Below, piece after piece: positions 1 to 12,463 of a DNA stretch of 64,000 nt. The notes under the pieces are model-generated. The model ran no database searches and was not told the origin of the DNA. It saw only the letters and a list, made by a program, of their open reading frames with translations. The position numbers were made by a program, and so were the translations under genes. Source of the stretch: Desulfobacterales bacterium (GTDB lineage Bacteria; Desulfobacterota; Desulfobacteria; Desulfobacterales; SURF-7); the NCBI GenBank assembly GCA_046484745.1, contig JAWOIJ010000053.1, positions 45,468 through 109,467 of the forward strand. The letters run 5' to 3'. Every line of letters starts with the position of its first letter. Within the stretch, counting starts at the first letter, position 1.

Positions 1-1
1 A

Positions 2-1423
2 ACGGTCGAGGGCGTCATTACCAGCCGTGTTAAAGGCGGTTTTTCGGTGGATGTCGGTCTTCAGGCTTTCCTGCCGGGTTCACAGGCTGATTTGAGACCG
101 ATTCGCAACCTTGATGAGCTGGTGGGACAGACACTTTCTTTTAAGATATTGAAATATAATCGTAAACGAAGCAACATCGTTCTTTCCAGAAGGGCAATAC
201 TGGAAACGGAGCGAGAATCGAAAAGAGCTTCAACGCTTAAATCCATAGCGGAAGGTCAGGTAATGACCGGGGCTGTCAAAAACATTACCGAGTATGGTGT
301 GTTTGTGGATCTGGGCGGTGTTGACGGACTGTTGCATATCACCGATATTTCCTGGGGCCGGGTAAAACATCCATCCGAACTGTTTTCAATTGGTGATGAA
401 ATAGAAGTCAAGATTCTTTCGTTTGATCTTGAAAAAGAACGCGTTTCTCTGGGCATGAAACAGCTGACTCCGGATCCGTGGACAATCGCATCCGAAAAGT
501 ATGCAGTGGGTTCCAGGGTGACTGGCGTAGTTGTAAGCCTTACCGATTACGGGGCATTTATAGAGCTTGAAGAGGGTGTTGAAGGACTGATTCATGTTTC
601 GGAAATGTCCTGGACCCGAAAAATCAGACACCCCTCCAAAGTGGTTTCAGTCGGTGATACCATCGAGGCCGTGGTACTGGATCTGAAACCGGAAAACAGG
701 CGGATTTCACTCGGCATGAAACAGGTTGTGCCAAACCCGTGGGAAGTCATCAGTGAAAAGTATCCCATTGGGACGACCATCGAGGGCAAGATCAAGAATA
801 TCACCGATTTCGGGCTTTTCATCGGAATTGACAATGATATAGACGGCCTGGTTCATATTTCGGATATTTCATGGACCAAAAGAATCAAGCATCCGTCTGA
901 AGTGTATAAGAAGGGTGATCTGGTTCAGGCTATTGTTCTCGATATTGACAAGGAGAGTGAACGCTTTTCGCTTGGCATCAAGCAGCTTCAGTCTGATCCT
1001 TGGAAAACCGTCCAGGAGCGGTACGAAGTCGGCAAGGAGATATCCGGAATCATCACCAACATAACGGATTTCGGTATCTTTGTTGAGCTTGAGGAAGGGA
1101 TTGAGGGCCTGATCCATGTTTCCGAAATCAGCAAGGAAAAAGTCAAGACCCCTGTCGGACAATATAATGTGGGTGATGAACTGACCGCCAAGGTGATGAA
1201 TGTCAACACGGAAGAAAGAAGAATCGGCCTTTCAATCAAACGCCTTGAATTTGACGATGAAGAGAGCCTGCTCAAGGATTATGTGACCAACATGAAACCA
1301 GCCACCTCTTCTTTTGGTGAAATTTTGAGTGAAAGTCTTCAGGAAAAACTGAACGATAAAAATGGAGACGCTGGTTCGGCAGATAACAAGGAGACTTCGG
1401 GAGAGGAAGAAACCGGAGAGTAA
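2..1423 (+). CDS. rpsA: 30S ribosomal protein S1, 5'-truncated by window edge
   Basis: The frame is open from base 2 (TVEGVITSRVKGGFSVDVG...), so the track start at 47 is internal. One partial and four complete S1/OB repeats carry the recurring ITxxGxFVxL..GxxGLxHxSExSW pattern (ITEYGVFVDLGGVDGLLHITDISW, LTDYGAFIELEEGVEGLIHVSEMSW, ITDFGLFIGIDNDIDGLVHISDISW, ITDFGIFVELEEGIEGLIHVSEIS). Acidic tail. Confidence 0.95.
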   Translation, partial: TVEGVITSRVKGGFSVDVGLQAFLPGSQADLRPIRNLDELVGQTLSFKILKYNRKRSNIVLSRRAILETERESKRASTLKSIAEGQVMTGAVKNITEYGVFVDLGGVDGLLHITDISWGRVKHPSELFSIGDEIEVKILSFDLEKERVSLGMKQLTPDPWTIASEKYAVGSRVTGVVVSLTDYGAFIELEEGVEGLIHVSEMSWTRKIRHPSKVVSVGDTIEAVVLDLKPENRRISLGMKQVVPNPWEVISEKYPIGTTIEGKIKNITDFGLFIGIDNDIDGLVHISDISWTKRIKHPSEVYKKGDLVQAIVLDIDKESERFSLGIKQLQSDPWKTVQERYEVGKEISGIITNITDFGIFVELEEGIEGLIHVSEISKEKVKTPVGQYNVGDELTAKVMNVNTEERRIGLSIKRLEFDDEESLLKDYVTNMKPATSSFGEILSESLQEKLNDKNGDAGSADNKETSGEEETGE

Positions 1424-1459
1424 TTTTTTGGTAAAAACAGCTCTTTTGCTAACTTCATG

Positions 1460-1495
1460 AAAACGCCGGAAAATTCTTTTCCGGCGTTTTGTTTT
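1460..1495 (+). terminator. Rho-independent terminator after rpsA
   Basis: Perfect 14-nt stem aaaacgccggaaaa / ttttccggcgtttt with a ttc loop, followed by gtttt. Confidence 0.8.
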
Positions 1496-1542
1496 GATGC
1501 GCCCTCAAGGGCGGAGAGAGTATAAGAAGGAGTGAATTCAAT

Positions 1543-2436
1543 ATGTTTTCCCGCAGACATCCATATCTTTTTTTTATGATCGTAATGACGGCAACGCTTT
1601 GCAGCTTTGTCATTTTACTGTCCCTTATTTTTAAAGTAAGCACGACGGGGACCCAGTTTGTTTCCGGTGAAAAAGTCGGTGTTGTCGAGGTCACGGGCGT
1701 AATCCTGGACTCAAAAGAAATTATCGAAAATATCAAGACATTCCGGGAAGATAAAACTGTCAAGGCGATTGTCCTTCGTGTCGAATCTCCTGGCGGGGGC
1801 GTAGGCCCTTCGCAGGAAATATTTCATGAAGTCAGAAAAACGATTAAAAAGAAAAAGGTGGTTGCCTCCCTGGGGGCGGTTGCCGCATCCGGAGGATATT
1901 ATATTGCAGCCGGGGCAAATGGCGTTGTTGCAAACCCCGGAACGATAACCGGAAGTATCGGAGTTATCATGGGGTATACCAATTTCCAGGAAGTTTTTCA
2001 GAAAATCGGTCTGACACCGGTTGTCATCAAGAGCGGAGAGTTCAAGGATATTGGTTCACCGGTTCGGGAAATGACGGAAAAAGAAAAAAAGATTCTTCAG
2101 GGTTTTGTGGATCGCGTTCACCGGCAGTTTGTGAATGACGCTTCCAAAGGCAGGGGGATAGACCCTGAAAAGATGATGGCCCTGGCGGACGGCCGGATAT
2201 TTTCAGGTGAAGAGGCAAAGGAACTGGGGCTGATCGACCGGCTTGGCAACCTGGAAGATGCGGTTGCATGGGCTGGACGTCTTGGGGGAATCAAAGGAAA
2301 AATTTCAACCGTCTACCCGGAAGTAAAAGGGATTCCGATGCTGAGAGAGCTGATGAATTCATCGGTGAAGCACCTGACTGAGAGTGTTTTCAGATCGCAG
2401 ATATCGGCAGGCTATTTATACCAGCCGGGGCAGTAA
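1543..2436 (+). CDS. sppA: signal peptide peptidase SppA, 36K type (S49 family)
   Basis: N-terminal TM helix, then S49 signatures VESPGGGVGPS, ASLGAVAASGGYYIAAGA and GTITGSIGVIMG. 297 aa. Confidence 0.88.
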   Translation: MFSRRHPYLFFMIVMTATLCSFVILLSLIFKVSTTGTQFVSGEKVGVVEVTGVILDSKEIIENIKTFREDKTVKAIVLRVESPGGGVGPSQEIFHEVRKTIKKKKVVASLGAVAASGGYYIAAGANGVVANPGTITGSIGVIMGYTNFQEVFQKIGLTPVVIKSGEFKDIGSPVREMTEKEKKILQGFVDRVHRQFVNDASKGRGIDPEKMMALADGRIFSGEEAKELGLIDRLGNLEDAVAWAGRLGGIKGKISTVYPEVKGIPMLRELMNSSVKHLTESVFRSQISAGYLYQPGQ

Positions 2437-2450
2437 CCCTCCTTTCTCGG

Positions 2451-3059
2451 CTACTCAAACATGCTGACATCACCCTGGCCTTTACGAATGACCTCAGGCT
2501 CATCATCGATCATTTTGATCACGCTGGATGGCTTGCCCTCAATCGGTCCGCCGTCGATTACAATATCGATCATTCCGGCAAAATAGTCATGGATCAGTGA
2601 CGGATCATGAAACAGCGTTCCGTCCGGCTTTGTGGCACTTGTCGAGATGATTGAATTCCCGAGAGTCTCTACGAGCATAATGCAGATTTTATTGTCCGGA
2701 ACCCGAATCCCCGCGGTTTTTCTTTTTGTCAGCATGATTTTCGGAACCAGTCTGGACCCCTCCAGGATGAAGGTGTAAGGACCCGGCAGCAGGCGCCTCA
2801 TGGTTTTGTAAGCATAATTCGAAACCTTGGCATACTGGCTGATGTTTTTCAGGTCTGAGCAGATAAAGCTGAAGGGTTTGTTCCGGTCCCGCTGTTTCAG
2901 CTTGTATATTTTTTCAATCGCCCGTTTATTCATGATGTCGCAGCCGATACCGTAAAAGGTGTCGGTGGGATACGCGATGATGCCTCCACGTTTCAGGCAT
3001 TTGATAACCTGCAGAATCTGGCGCTCCTGGGGGTTGATGGGGTTGATTTGGATCAGCAT
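2451..3059 (-). CDS. tsaC: L-threonylcarbamoyladenylate synthase (YrdC/TsaC/Sua5 family)
   Basis: YrdC-domain motifs GGIIAYPTDTFYGIGCD, KxRDRNKPF and GIRVPD. The track ORF begins at GTG 3101; I prefer ATG 3059 (MLIQINP...), but the start is uncertain. Confidence 0.8.
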   Translation of the reverse strand: MLIQINPINPQERQILQVIKCLKRGGIIAYPTDTFYGIGCDIMNKRAIEKIYKLKQRDRNKPFSFICSDLKNISQYAKVSNYAYKTMRRLLPGPYTFILEGSRLVPKIMLTKRKTAGIRVPDNKICIMLVETLGNSIISTSATKPDGTLFHDPSLIHDYFAGMIDIVIDGGPIEGKPSSVIKMIDDEPEVIRKGQGDVSMFE

Positions 3060-3348
3060 ATGTTTTTTTGTTTTTAAACTTTTTTTGCCGTGTGTTTCCA
3101 CAAAACCGGAATCGTTTCATTCTTTTCCGGGCGATGCGTGGCTGTCGAAGTTCCGCATTTTGTCTGTCCGGAAATACTACTACAGACGGATATAAATTGA
3201 AAGCACGTATTTGCTGCGGGAGATTAATTATGGGCTGTCATGGGTCTATCCGTAACCTGTTTCAGTCAAATTAAAGATTGCTAAAGCAACCCCTATTTGC
3301 TATTCACCACGGATAAACCGTGTCGGCGGGAAATAGTATCTGCCTTGA

Positions 3349-4839
<1,491 letters not shown>

Positions 4840-4840
4840 T

Positions 4841-7800
4841 ATGTCTGACATCCATTCAACGTTCACCCATCTGCATGTCCACACCCAGTACAGTCTTCTG
4901 GATGGCGCCATAAGGCTTGATGCCCTTTTTGAACGTGCCGCCTCCTATGGAATGGATGCCATCGCGATGACCGATCACGGGACCATGTTCGGCGCCCTCG
5001 AATTTTATGAAAAGGCGGAAAAAGCGAAGATCAAACCCATAATCGGGTGTGAATGCTATCTGGCTCCCAGAACGATTTCAGACAAAACGCCTCTGGATAA
5101 TCGCAGGGTCAGTCACCTGGTATTGCTTGCTGAAAACCAGGAAGGATATCGAAATCTGTGCAAGCTGGCATCTATAGCACAACTTGAAGGTTTTTATTAT
5201 AGACCTCGGATAGATAAGGAGATTTTAAAAAAGTACAGCAAGGGATTGATCGGCCTGTCCGCCTGTCTTCACGGAGAGATTCCCGGGCTTATCCAGGAGA
5301 ACAAAATGGACCAGGCAGATCAGGCAGCCCGGTTCTATCTTGAGACGTTTGGAGAGGGGAACTTCTTTCTGGAGGTTCAGCACAACGGGATAGCGGTGCA
5401 GGAAAAAGTGAATCAGGCATTGCTGGATATGAGCAGTCGTCTGTCCATTCCCCTGGTGGCCACAAATGATTGCCATTACCTTGACAGGGAGGATGTGGAC
5501 GCCCACGACGTGCTCCTCTGCATTCAGACCGGAAAGACCGTAAACGAGTCTGATCGGTTCCGTTTCAGCACGGATCAGCTTTATTTTAAATCCGGACAGG
5601 AAATGATCGAAACCCTTGGACATTTTCCCGGTGCAATTGAAAATACATCCAGCATTGCAGACAGATGTCACATCGAGTTTGATTTCAATACCTATCATTT
5701 CCCTCAGTTTGAAGCGGATTCGGAAATTTCCGTGGAAGAGCTTTTTGAAACGGAAGTCCGAAAGGGGTATGCCAAACGGATACAGCAGATAAAAGCCAAA
5801 AATCCGAATATGGATCAGAATCTGTATGATGAACGCCTGAATTATGAAATCAAAACCATCAATGATATGAAATTTCCAGGATATTTTCTGATCGTGGCTG
5901 ATTTTATCCGTTATGGAAAAGAAAATAACGTCCCGGTGGGACCGGGAAGGGGATCTGCCGCAGGCAGTATGGTCGCTTATTCGCTTGGCATCACCGATCT
6001 CGACCCCATCGAGCACGGTCTGATTTTTGAGCGCTTCCTGAATCCCTCCCGTATCAGCATGCCGGATATTGATGTTGACTTCTGCATCAACGGCAGGGAA
6101 AAGGTTTTCAAATATGTTGTGGACCGTTACGGAGGCGGGGATTATGTTGCCCAGATCATCACCTTTGGAAAGCTGAAGACCCGGGCGGTGATTCGGGATG
6201 TGGGCCGTGCACTCGATATTCCGCTGGGCGAGGTGGATGCCATCGCAAAGATGGTTCCCGATGTGCTGAACATCAGTCTGGAAGATGCCCTTGAACAGGA
6301 GCCGAAACTGGTAGAACTTTCCGAGCAGAAACCGGAGATCGGCAAGCTGATCAAGATCTGCAGGGTGCTGGAGGGGCTTCCAAGGCACGCGTCCACCCAT
6401 GCCGCGGGGGTTGTCATCGGCGATAAACCGCTTGTTGAATATCTTCCGTTGTACAGGGGAAAAAAGGGCGAGGTCGTCACCCAGTTCGATATGAAGCGGG
6501 TCGAGCGGATCGGGCTGGTAAAGTTCGATTTTCTGGGACTTCGCAACCTCACGGTGATCGACAACACCCTGGCGCTGATTTCCGGTCAGGAGAAAACGCC
6601 TCCGGATCTTTTAAATATCGACTTTAATGATCCGGATACCTACGAACTGCTTTCCGCGGGCGATACAACCGGCGTGTTTCAACTGGAAAGCTCGGGCATG
6701 AAAAACCTCCTCCTCCGCCTGAAACCTGAAAATTTTGCCGATGTGACCGCACTTGTGGCTCTTTACCGTCCGGGGCCCCTCGACTCCGGGATGGTAAACG
6801 ATTATGTGGAGCGAAAACATGGCCGTGAGCCGGTGGAATACCTGCTGCCCGAACTCGAACCCATACTGAAGGAAACCTATGGGGTGATCCTGTATCAGGA
6901 GCAGGTAATGAAGATCGCCGGCGCCCTGGCGAAATACACCATGGCGGAAGCGGACGGTCTTCGGAAGGCCATGGGAAAGAAAATCACCTCGATGATGGAA
7001 AAGCATCGGGATCTTTTTATGAAAGGGGCGGAAGCCAACAACCTTCCTGCGGACAAGGCCGGAAGCATTTTTGACCTCATGAAAAAGTTCGGTGGTTACG
7101 GCTTCAACAAATCCCATAGCGCCGCATACGCGCTCATCGCATATCAGACAGCCTACCTGAAGGCCCATTTTCCCGTTGAGTTCATGGCAGCCCTTCTGAC
7201 CAGTGAAATGAATTCCATTGACGGGATCGTGAAATATATCGCCGAATGTCGCTCCCACTCCATTCAAATCCTCCCTCCGGATATCAATGAGAGCTATAAA
7301 GAGTTTACGGTTTCCGCATCCGGGATTCGATTCGGACTGGTTGCCGTGAAAAACGTCGGGGAAGGGGCAATTGAATCCATTATCAAGGAGCGGGAAAAGG
7401 GCGGTCCGTTTACCTCTCTTTTTGAGTTCTGCGAACGGGTGGATTTGCGGAAAGTCAACAAAAGGGTTTTTGAAAGCCTCATACAGTGCGGTGCTTTTGA
7501 TTCCACCGGAAATAAAAGGTCCCAGATGATGGCCTCTCTGGAGTCTGCCCTGGAATACGGACAGACGATTCAGAAAGAAAAGGCCGATCCGCAGATGAGC
7601 CTGTTCGATATCGGAGATTCCGCATTGACCATTAACGTGCCGCCCATGGCGGATGTTGAGGAATGGGATGAAAAGACGCGGCTGAATTTTGAAAAGGAAT
7701 CCCTTGGATTCTACGTATCCGGTCATCCTCTTGATCAGTATGAAGCACTTCTGGAAAAGTATACCAATGCAAATGCCCTGACGCTTGGAGAAGTTTCGGA

Positions 7801-8377
7801 TAAGGCGGCCGTGAGAATCGGAGGAACCATAAACAGCATCAAGACAATCCGAACCAAAAAGGGCGATTTAATGGCTTTTGTGAATATCGAAGATATGCAT
7901 GGGATGGTTGAGGCTGTTATTTTTCCAAAGGTTTATGAGGCGGTATCCGATTTTCTTGTCCAGGATTTTCCGGTTTTAATCCAGGGCGAAGCCCAGAAAG
8001 ATGAAAAGGGCGTCAAGCTGCTGGCAGAGTCGGTCATTCCCATGGAAAAGGCAGAGGAAACATGGACGGCAAGTGTTCATGTCACGGTTGACGTGACCAG
8101 CGCGGACAGGGGGACCCTTCAAAGTCTCCGGGAAATATTGGATCGGTATCCCGGGTCATGCACCGGGTTCATCCATCTTCAGGCTCCGGAGTCGACGGAA
8201 ACGGTTATCCGGCTGCCCGATGATCTCAAGTTGAACGCTACGCCTGAAATGATACGTGAGATCAACGGATTTCTGGGATATTCGGCTGTCGATACAAGAT
8301 GCAGTGACGTTACCCTCGCCTCACCCCAAAACAATGGTTATAACGGACCAAGACGGCGGAAATATGGTGCAGGATAA
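4841..8377 (+). CDS. dnaE: DNA polymerase III subunit alpha
   Basis: PHP domain HLHVHTQYSLLDG, PolIIIA core (PDIDVDF, GLVKFDFLGL, NKSHSAAYA), C-terminal OB fold. ATG 4841 sits 1 nt after the guaB stop; the track TTG 4832 overlaps guaB. Confidence 0.96.
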   Translation: MSDIHSTFTHLHVHTQYSLLDGAIRLDALFERAASYGMDAIAMTDHGTMFGALEFYEKAEKAKIKPIIGCECYLAPRTISDKTPLDNRRVSHLVLLAENQEGYRNLCKLASIAQLEGFYYRPRIDKEILKKYSKGLIGLSACLHGEIPGLIQENKMDQADQAARFYLETFGEGNFFLEVQHNGIAVQEKVNQALLDMSSRLSIPLVATNDCHYLDREDVDAHDVLLCIQTGKTVNESDRFRFSTDQLYFKSGQEMIETLGHFPGAIENTSSIADRCHIEFDFNTYHFPQFEADSEISVEELFETEVRKGYAKRIQQIKAKNPNMDQNLYDERLNYEIKTINDMKFPGYFLIVADFIRYGKENNVPVGPGRGSAAGSMVAYSLGITDLDPIEHGLIFERFLNPSRISMPDIDVDFCINGREKVFKYVVDRYGGGDYVAQIITFGKLKTRAVIRDVGRALDIPLGEVDAIAKMVPDVLNISLEDALEQEPKLVELSEQKPEIGKLIKICRVLEGLPRHASTHAAGVVIGDKPLVEYLPLYRGKKGEVVTQFDMKRVERIGLVKFDFLGLRNLTVIDNTLALISGQEKTPPDLLNIDFNDPDTYELLSAGDTTGVFQLESSGMKNLLLRLKPENFADVTALVALYRPGPLDSGMVNDYVERKHGREPVEYLLPELEPILKETYGVILYQEQVMKIAGALAKYTMAEADGLRKAMGKKITSMMEKHRDLFMKGAEANNLPADKAGSIFDLMKKFGGYGFNKSHSAAYALIAYQTAYLKAHFPVEFMAALLTSEMNSIDGIVKYIAECRSHSIQILPPDINESYKEFTVSASGIRFGLVAVKNVGEGAIESIIKEREKGGPFTSLFEFCERVDLRKVNKRVFESLIQCGAFDSTGNKRSQMMASLESALEYGQTIQKEKADPQMSLFDIGDSALTINVPPMADVEEWDEKTRLNFEKESLGFYVSGHPLDQYEALLEKYTNANALTLGEVSDKAAVRIGGTINSIKTIRTKKGDLMAFVNIEDMHGMVEAVIFPKVYEAVSDFLVQDFPVLIQGEAQKDEKGVKLLAESVIPMEKAEETWTASVHVTVDVTSADRGTLQSLREILDRYPGSCTGFIHLQAPESTETVIRLPDDLKLNATPEMIREINGFLGYSAVDTRCSDVTLASPQNNGYNGPRRRKYGAG

Positions 8378-8391
8378 CCGGCTTGCCGGGC

Positions 8392-9408
8392 TTACCAGAT
8401 AACACTCATCATGGTGCAGTTCAGTCCGCTTCCAATTCCCATCAGGGCGATATGATCTCCGGGTTTGAGCTTGTTTTCATCTTCTGCCATGCCAAGGGTG
8501 ATGGGGATGGCGGCCGGTCCGATGTTCCCCAGTGTATGAAAATTCAGATGCGCTTTTTCCGGAGTCAACCCGAGCCTTTTATTCAGGGCTTCCATATTCC
8601 GTGCGCTGACTTGGTGGGGGATGTAATGATCGATGGTTTCATCGCTCCAGTTTTCCAGGTTTTCGGAAGCCAGTTTCCAGGTTTGATATGCCAGTTCCAC
8701 GCCATGCGTCATCACACTGGCAGCATCGGCAATCATCTGGTCCTTGTGTCCGAAGCAGAGCCGGCAGTGCTGGGTGGCGGCCAGGCTCGCGGATCCTTTG
8801 ATAATATGGCTTGAATTTGAAATATCCCGATGGCTCAGGATTACGGCGGCTGCACCGGACCCCAGCGTCAGCGTGGCAAAATTGTTAAAGAAATCCCTTA
8901 CGGTGACTTCCCGTGACTGAAGGCGCCGGATGGTGGCTTCGATGGGTTCACGGGACCCCTCACCGGCAACCACGAGGCCGTATTTTATCATGCCGCTTTC
9001 GATCATGTTGATAATGGTATTCATTCCGGTCATGAAACCCAGACAGGCATTTCCGATGTCGAAATTCAGACAGCCGGGCGGAAGCCCGATATTGCCGTGT
9101 ACAAGGGCCGCAACCGAAGGCTCGATATAGTCCTTGCATACCGATGTGCTGATAAGGCATCCGATCTCTTCCGGATTGATGGAGGTGGCTTCAATCGCCT
9201 TTCGTGCGGCCTGTGTCGCCACATCGCTGGGCATCACACCCGGAGGCCAGAATCTGCGTTCACGGATTCCGGTAAGGCCCACAAGCTGCCCCGGGGGGAT
9301 TCGAAGGCGCGACATTGTCCCGGCTAGCTGCTCTTCAATAAATGCCGACGATATGCGATGGAGAGGAAGTTCATATGCCACTGATTCGATTGCTACACTG
9401 CCGCTCAT
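8392..9408 (-). CDS. 3-oxoacyl-ACP synthase III family (KAS III / FabH-like) condensing enzyme
   Basis: Thiolase fold with active-site Cys in DIGNACLGF, His in IPHQVSARN and Asn in LGNIGPAAIPI. ATG 9408 is preceded by AAGGAGA. The longer track ORF (to 9549) adds a non-homologous leader. Confidence 0.8.
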   Translation of the reverse strand: MSGSVAIESVAYELPLHRISSAFIEEQLAGTMSRLRIPPGQLVGLTGIRERRFWPPGVMPSDVATQAARKAIEATSINPEEIGCLISTSVCKDYIEPSVAALVHGNIGLPPGCLNFDIGNACLGFMTGMNTIINMIESGMIKYGLVVAGEGSREPIEATIRRLQSREVTVRDFFNNFATLTLGSGAAAVILSHRDISNSSHIIKGSASLAATQHCRLCFGHKDQMIADAASVMTHGVELAYQTWKLASENLENWSDETIDHYIPHQVSARNMEALNKRLGLTPEKAHLNFHTLGNIGPAAIPITLGMAEDENKLKPGDHIALMGIGSGLNCTMMSVIW

Positions 9409-9686
9409 AAAGGTGAATCTCCTTGCTTTGTAAAAAGAGAGGCAGATGCAAAAACCCTGAACGTTCTGAAAATGCCTCCGGAAACAGGATGCAAAGCCTG
9501 CTGTTGTTTGAACCATACATCCAAACGGATTGTTTTTCAATGGCTTCAATTTGTTCTCCCAATTCAGGGAAAAAAATGATAATATTGTTAGTTGGTTTTT
9601 TTCCGGGTTTCGGATAGACTGGATTCAGGAAGTTTGGTCCATGCCGGCAAAGGGGTTGCTAAAAAGTTTCATCTGGATTTTTAAAT

Positions 9687-10136
9687 ATGACAGAACCAAA
9701 AAAACCATTCTGGGAAAGAAAATCTCTTGAACAGATGACAATGGAAGAATGGGAGCTTCTTTGTGACGGCTGCGGCCGCTGCTGCCTTGAAAAGCTGATC
9801 GACGAGGATACGGGAAAGGTGTTTTATACCAGCGTGGCCTGCCGTCATCTGGATACATGGACCTGCAAATGCGTCCTGTACGAGGAGCGGGAAAGCGTTG
9901 TGCCGGACTGTCTGGTGATAAAGCCCGAAATGATTCGGAAACTCGACTGGCTGCCCGCAGCATGCGCCTACCGCAGGATCATGGAGGGGAGAGGTCTTGA
10001 ATGGTGGCATCCCCTGGTTTCCGGAGATGTCAATACCGTTCATCAGGCAGGGGTTTCCATCCGGGAAAAGGTTATTTCCGCAACATATGTTTCCGAGGAT
10101 GATCTGGATGCCTATATTATTGACCTTGAAATCTGA
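9687..10136 (+). CDS. ycgN: YcgN-family cysteine-cluster protein (UPF0260)
   Basis: PFWERKSLEQMTxEEWELLCDGCGRCCLEKL, then a second Cys group (ACRHLD..CKCVLYE) typical of the family. 149 aa. Confidence 0.8.
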   Translation: MTEPKKPFWERKSLEQMTMEEWELLCDGCGRCCLEKLIDEDTGKVFYTSVACRHLDTWTCKCVLYEERESVVPDCLVIKPEMIRKLDWLPAACAYRRIMEGRGLEWWHPLVSGDVNTVHQAGVSIREKVISATYVSEDDLDAYIIDLEI

Positions 10137-10167
10137 TTCGAATTTCAATACCAAAAAGGGATAAAAT

Positions 10168-12318
10168 ATGACGTTTTTAAAACCAAAAAGAATGCTTTTT
10201 CTGCTTGCCGCATTATTCTGCTGCCTGATCGCCATCAACAGCATCACCATGAACGGATGCGCACTGGAAAAGGTTTCCTCGGAACCCTCCTGCCCCCCGA
10301 TCCCCGACAGGGAAGATCCCCTGGTGTTTGTGCCTGAAAAAGATCACCCAAAGGTCTGTCTCGAGATCGTTGAATTTCTGAAGGACTATCATTACAGGCG
10401 CCTGGACCTGGACGACAAGCTTTCCGAGAGGGTGTTGAAAGAGCTAATCCGTTATCTGGACAGCAATCGCAGCTATTTTCTGAAATCCGATATCGATGAT
10501 TTTCAATCGGTGAAGCACTGCCTGGATGATGCCCTGCAGCAGGGCGACCTGAAGCCGGCGTTTGTCATTGGTAATCGGTATCAACGCCGGGTTATCGAAA
10601 GACTGGAATATGTAAACAGCCTGATCGAGGGCGGATTGAAAGATTTTGATTATGAGGTTGAAGAATATATTGAAGTGGAGCGTAAAAAATCTCCATGGCT
10701 GACAGGCAGTGCGGAGCTGGATGATCTCTGGCGGAAGCGCCTCAAGAATGAAGTGATCAATCTGAGGCTTGCCGGAAAACCACAGGATAATATTCTGGAA
10801 CTGCTCGGGAAAAAATATAAAAACCAGCTTCACCGGATGAAGCAGCGGGACAGTGAGGATGTGTTCCGGGTCTACATGAACGCTTTTGCGCAGACATTTG
10901 ATCCCCATACAGAGTATTTTTCGCCGCGGGTTTCTGAAAATTTTGACATTCAGATGAAGCTTTCCCTGGAAGGTATCGGGGCGCTTTTGCAGGGCAAGAA
11001 TGAATATACGCAAATCGTTCGTCTGATTCCCGCGGGGCCGGCGGACAAGTCCGGTCTTCTCAAACCGGGTGACCGGATTGTCGGGGTGGGACAGGGCGCT
11101 GAAAACGAGATTGTCAATGTGGTGGGCTGGCGTCTGGACGATGTTGTCGATATGATCCGGGGGCCTAAAAATACGTTGGTCCGTCTGGAGATTATTCCGG
11201 CTGACGCCGCGGATGATACCATGACAAAAATTATCAGCCTTACTCGAAATACCGTCAAACTGGAAGAACAGGCTGCCCATAAAAAACTGGTGACGTTTGA
11301 AAAAAACGGCTTGCAATACAAGATCGGCATTATCAACATTCCCACCTTTTATGTCGATTTCAACGCGTATCAGGAAGGCAAAAAAGATTTCCGCAGCACC
11401 ACCCGGGATGTCGAGCGTCTGTTGAAGGAACTCATCCGGGAAAAGGTGGATGGGATCATCATTGATCTTCGCGAAAACGGAGGCGGGGCTCTTCAGGAGG
11501 CAAATGCCCTGACAGGGCTTTTTATTGATGAAGGTCCGGTTGTTCAGGTCCGCGGTGAAAAAGGACGGTCCCGCACGCTTCAGGATCCCTATCCCGGCGT
11601 TGTTTACGGAGGCCCGCTCATGGTCATGATCAACCGGATGAGCGCGTCCGCTTCCGAGATTTTTGCAGGAGCCATTCAGGATTACAACCGGGGAATCGTG
11701 GTCGGAACCCAGTCCTTTGGCAAAGGTACGGTCCAATCCCTTCAAAAGCTTGAAAAGGGACAGTTAAAGATAACCCAGGGAAAATTTTACCGCGTTTCCG
11801 GGGAAAGCACCCAGAACCGGGGGATCATACCGGATATTGTTTTTCCGGAAATGTACGACAAGAGCCAGATCGGTGAGAGCGCTCTGCCGAACTCCCTGGT
11901 ATGGGACAGCATCGACAGGGTCCGGTATAAACCGCTCCCTGAAATTGCAGACACCATCAAAAGACTCGAAAAGCTCCATCAGGAAAGAAGCAAAGATGAT
12001 CCGGGCTTCAAGTATATTCTCGCGGGGATTGAGCGGTTGAAAAAAGTACGGAGCCAGAAAACCATATCCCTTAAGGAGTCTAGCCGGAAAAAGGAGAGGG
12101 AAGAGGCTGAAAACCTTCGGCTGGAGCTGGAAAATATGCGAAGATCCATCCAGGGGGAAAAGGTTCTTGCGAATGTCTCCGAACTGGAAGAGGTGGATGA
12201 GGACGAAATTCCGGATCCCGAAGACAAAAAGAATAAATTTGATCCGGTGATGACGGAAGCGGAACAGATCTTTCTGGATTATATCCGAACCACTGAAAAA
12301 ATGATCGCCAGCGGTTGA
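10168..12318 (+). CDS. prc: tail-specific (carboxy-terminal processing) protease, S41 family
   Basis: 716 aa. Signal peptide, long N-terminal helical domain, PDZ (LEGIGALL...PAGPADKSGLLKPGDRIVGV), S41 core (DLRENGGGAL, SASASEIFAGAIQDY, GTQSFGKGTVQ) and a charged C-terminal extension. Confidence 0.9.
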   Translation: MTFLKPKRMLFLLAALFCCLIAINSITMNGCALEKVSSEPSCPPIPDREDPLVFVPEKDHPKVCLEIVEFLKDYHYRRLDLDDKLSERVLKELIRYLDSNRSYFLKSDIDDFQSVKHCLDDALQQGDLKPAFVIGNRYQRRVIERLEYVNSLIEGGLKDFDYEVEEYIEVERKKSPWLTGSAELDDLWRKRLKNEVINLRLAGKPQDNILELLGKKYKNQLHRMKQRDSEDVFRVYMNAFAQTFDPHTEYFSPRVSENFDIQMKLSLEGIGALLQGKNEYTQIVRLIPAGPADKSGLLKPGDRIVGVGQGAENEIVNVVGWRLDDVVDMIRGPKNTLVRLEIIPADAADDTMTKIISLTRNTVKLEEQAAHKKLVTFEKNGLQYKIGIINIPTFYVDFNAYQEGKKDFRSTTRDVERLLKELIREKVDGIIIDLRENGGGALQEANALTGLFIDEGPVVQVRGEKGRSRTLQDPYPGVVYGGPLMVMINRMSASASEIFAGAIQDYNRGIVVGTQSFGKGTVQSLQKLEKGQLKITQGKFYRVSGESTQNRGIIPDIVFPEMYDKSQIGESALPNSLVWDSIDRVRYKPLPEIADTIKRLEKLHQERSKDDPGFKYILAGIERLKKVRSQKTISLKESSRKKEREEAENLRLELENMRRSIQGEKVLANVSELEEVDEDEIPDPEDKKNKFDPVMTEAEQIFLDYIRTTEKMIASG

Positions 12319-12463
12319 ATCCGGAAGAAGAATATTACACTGCCGGATAAACCAGCTTGAGGAAATGGGTTGAAAAAGCATCAACTGAAAAATTAAGATT
12401 ATATTGTTAACATATTTAAATAAAAATATATTTTTATCGTATAATCTTTCATGATTTTGTGAG

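Noticed and set aside
8383-8814. 143-aa + strand ORF immediately after dnaE
   Set aside because: It is antisense to the C-terminal half of the KAS III gene, which has clear catalytic motifs. It has no SD or family resemblance.
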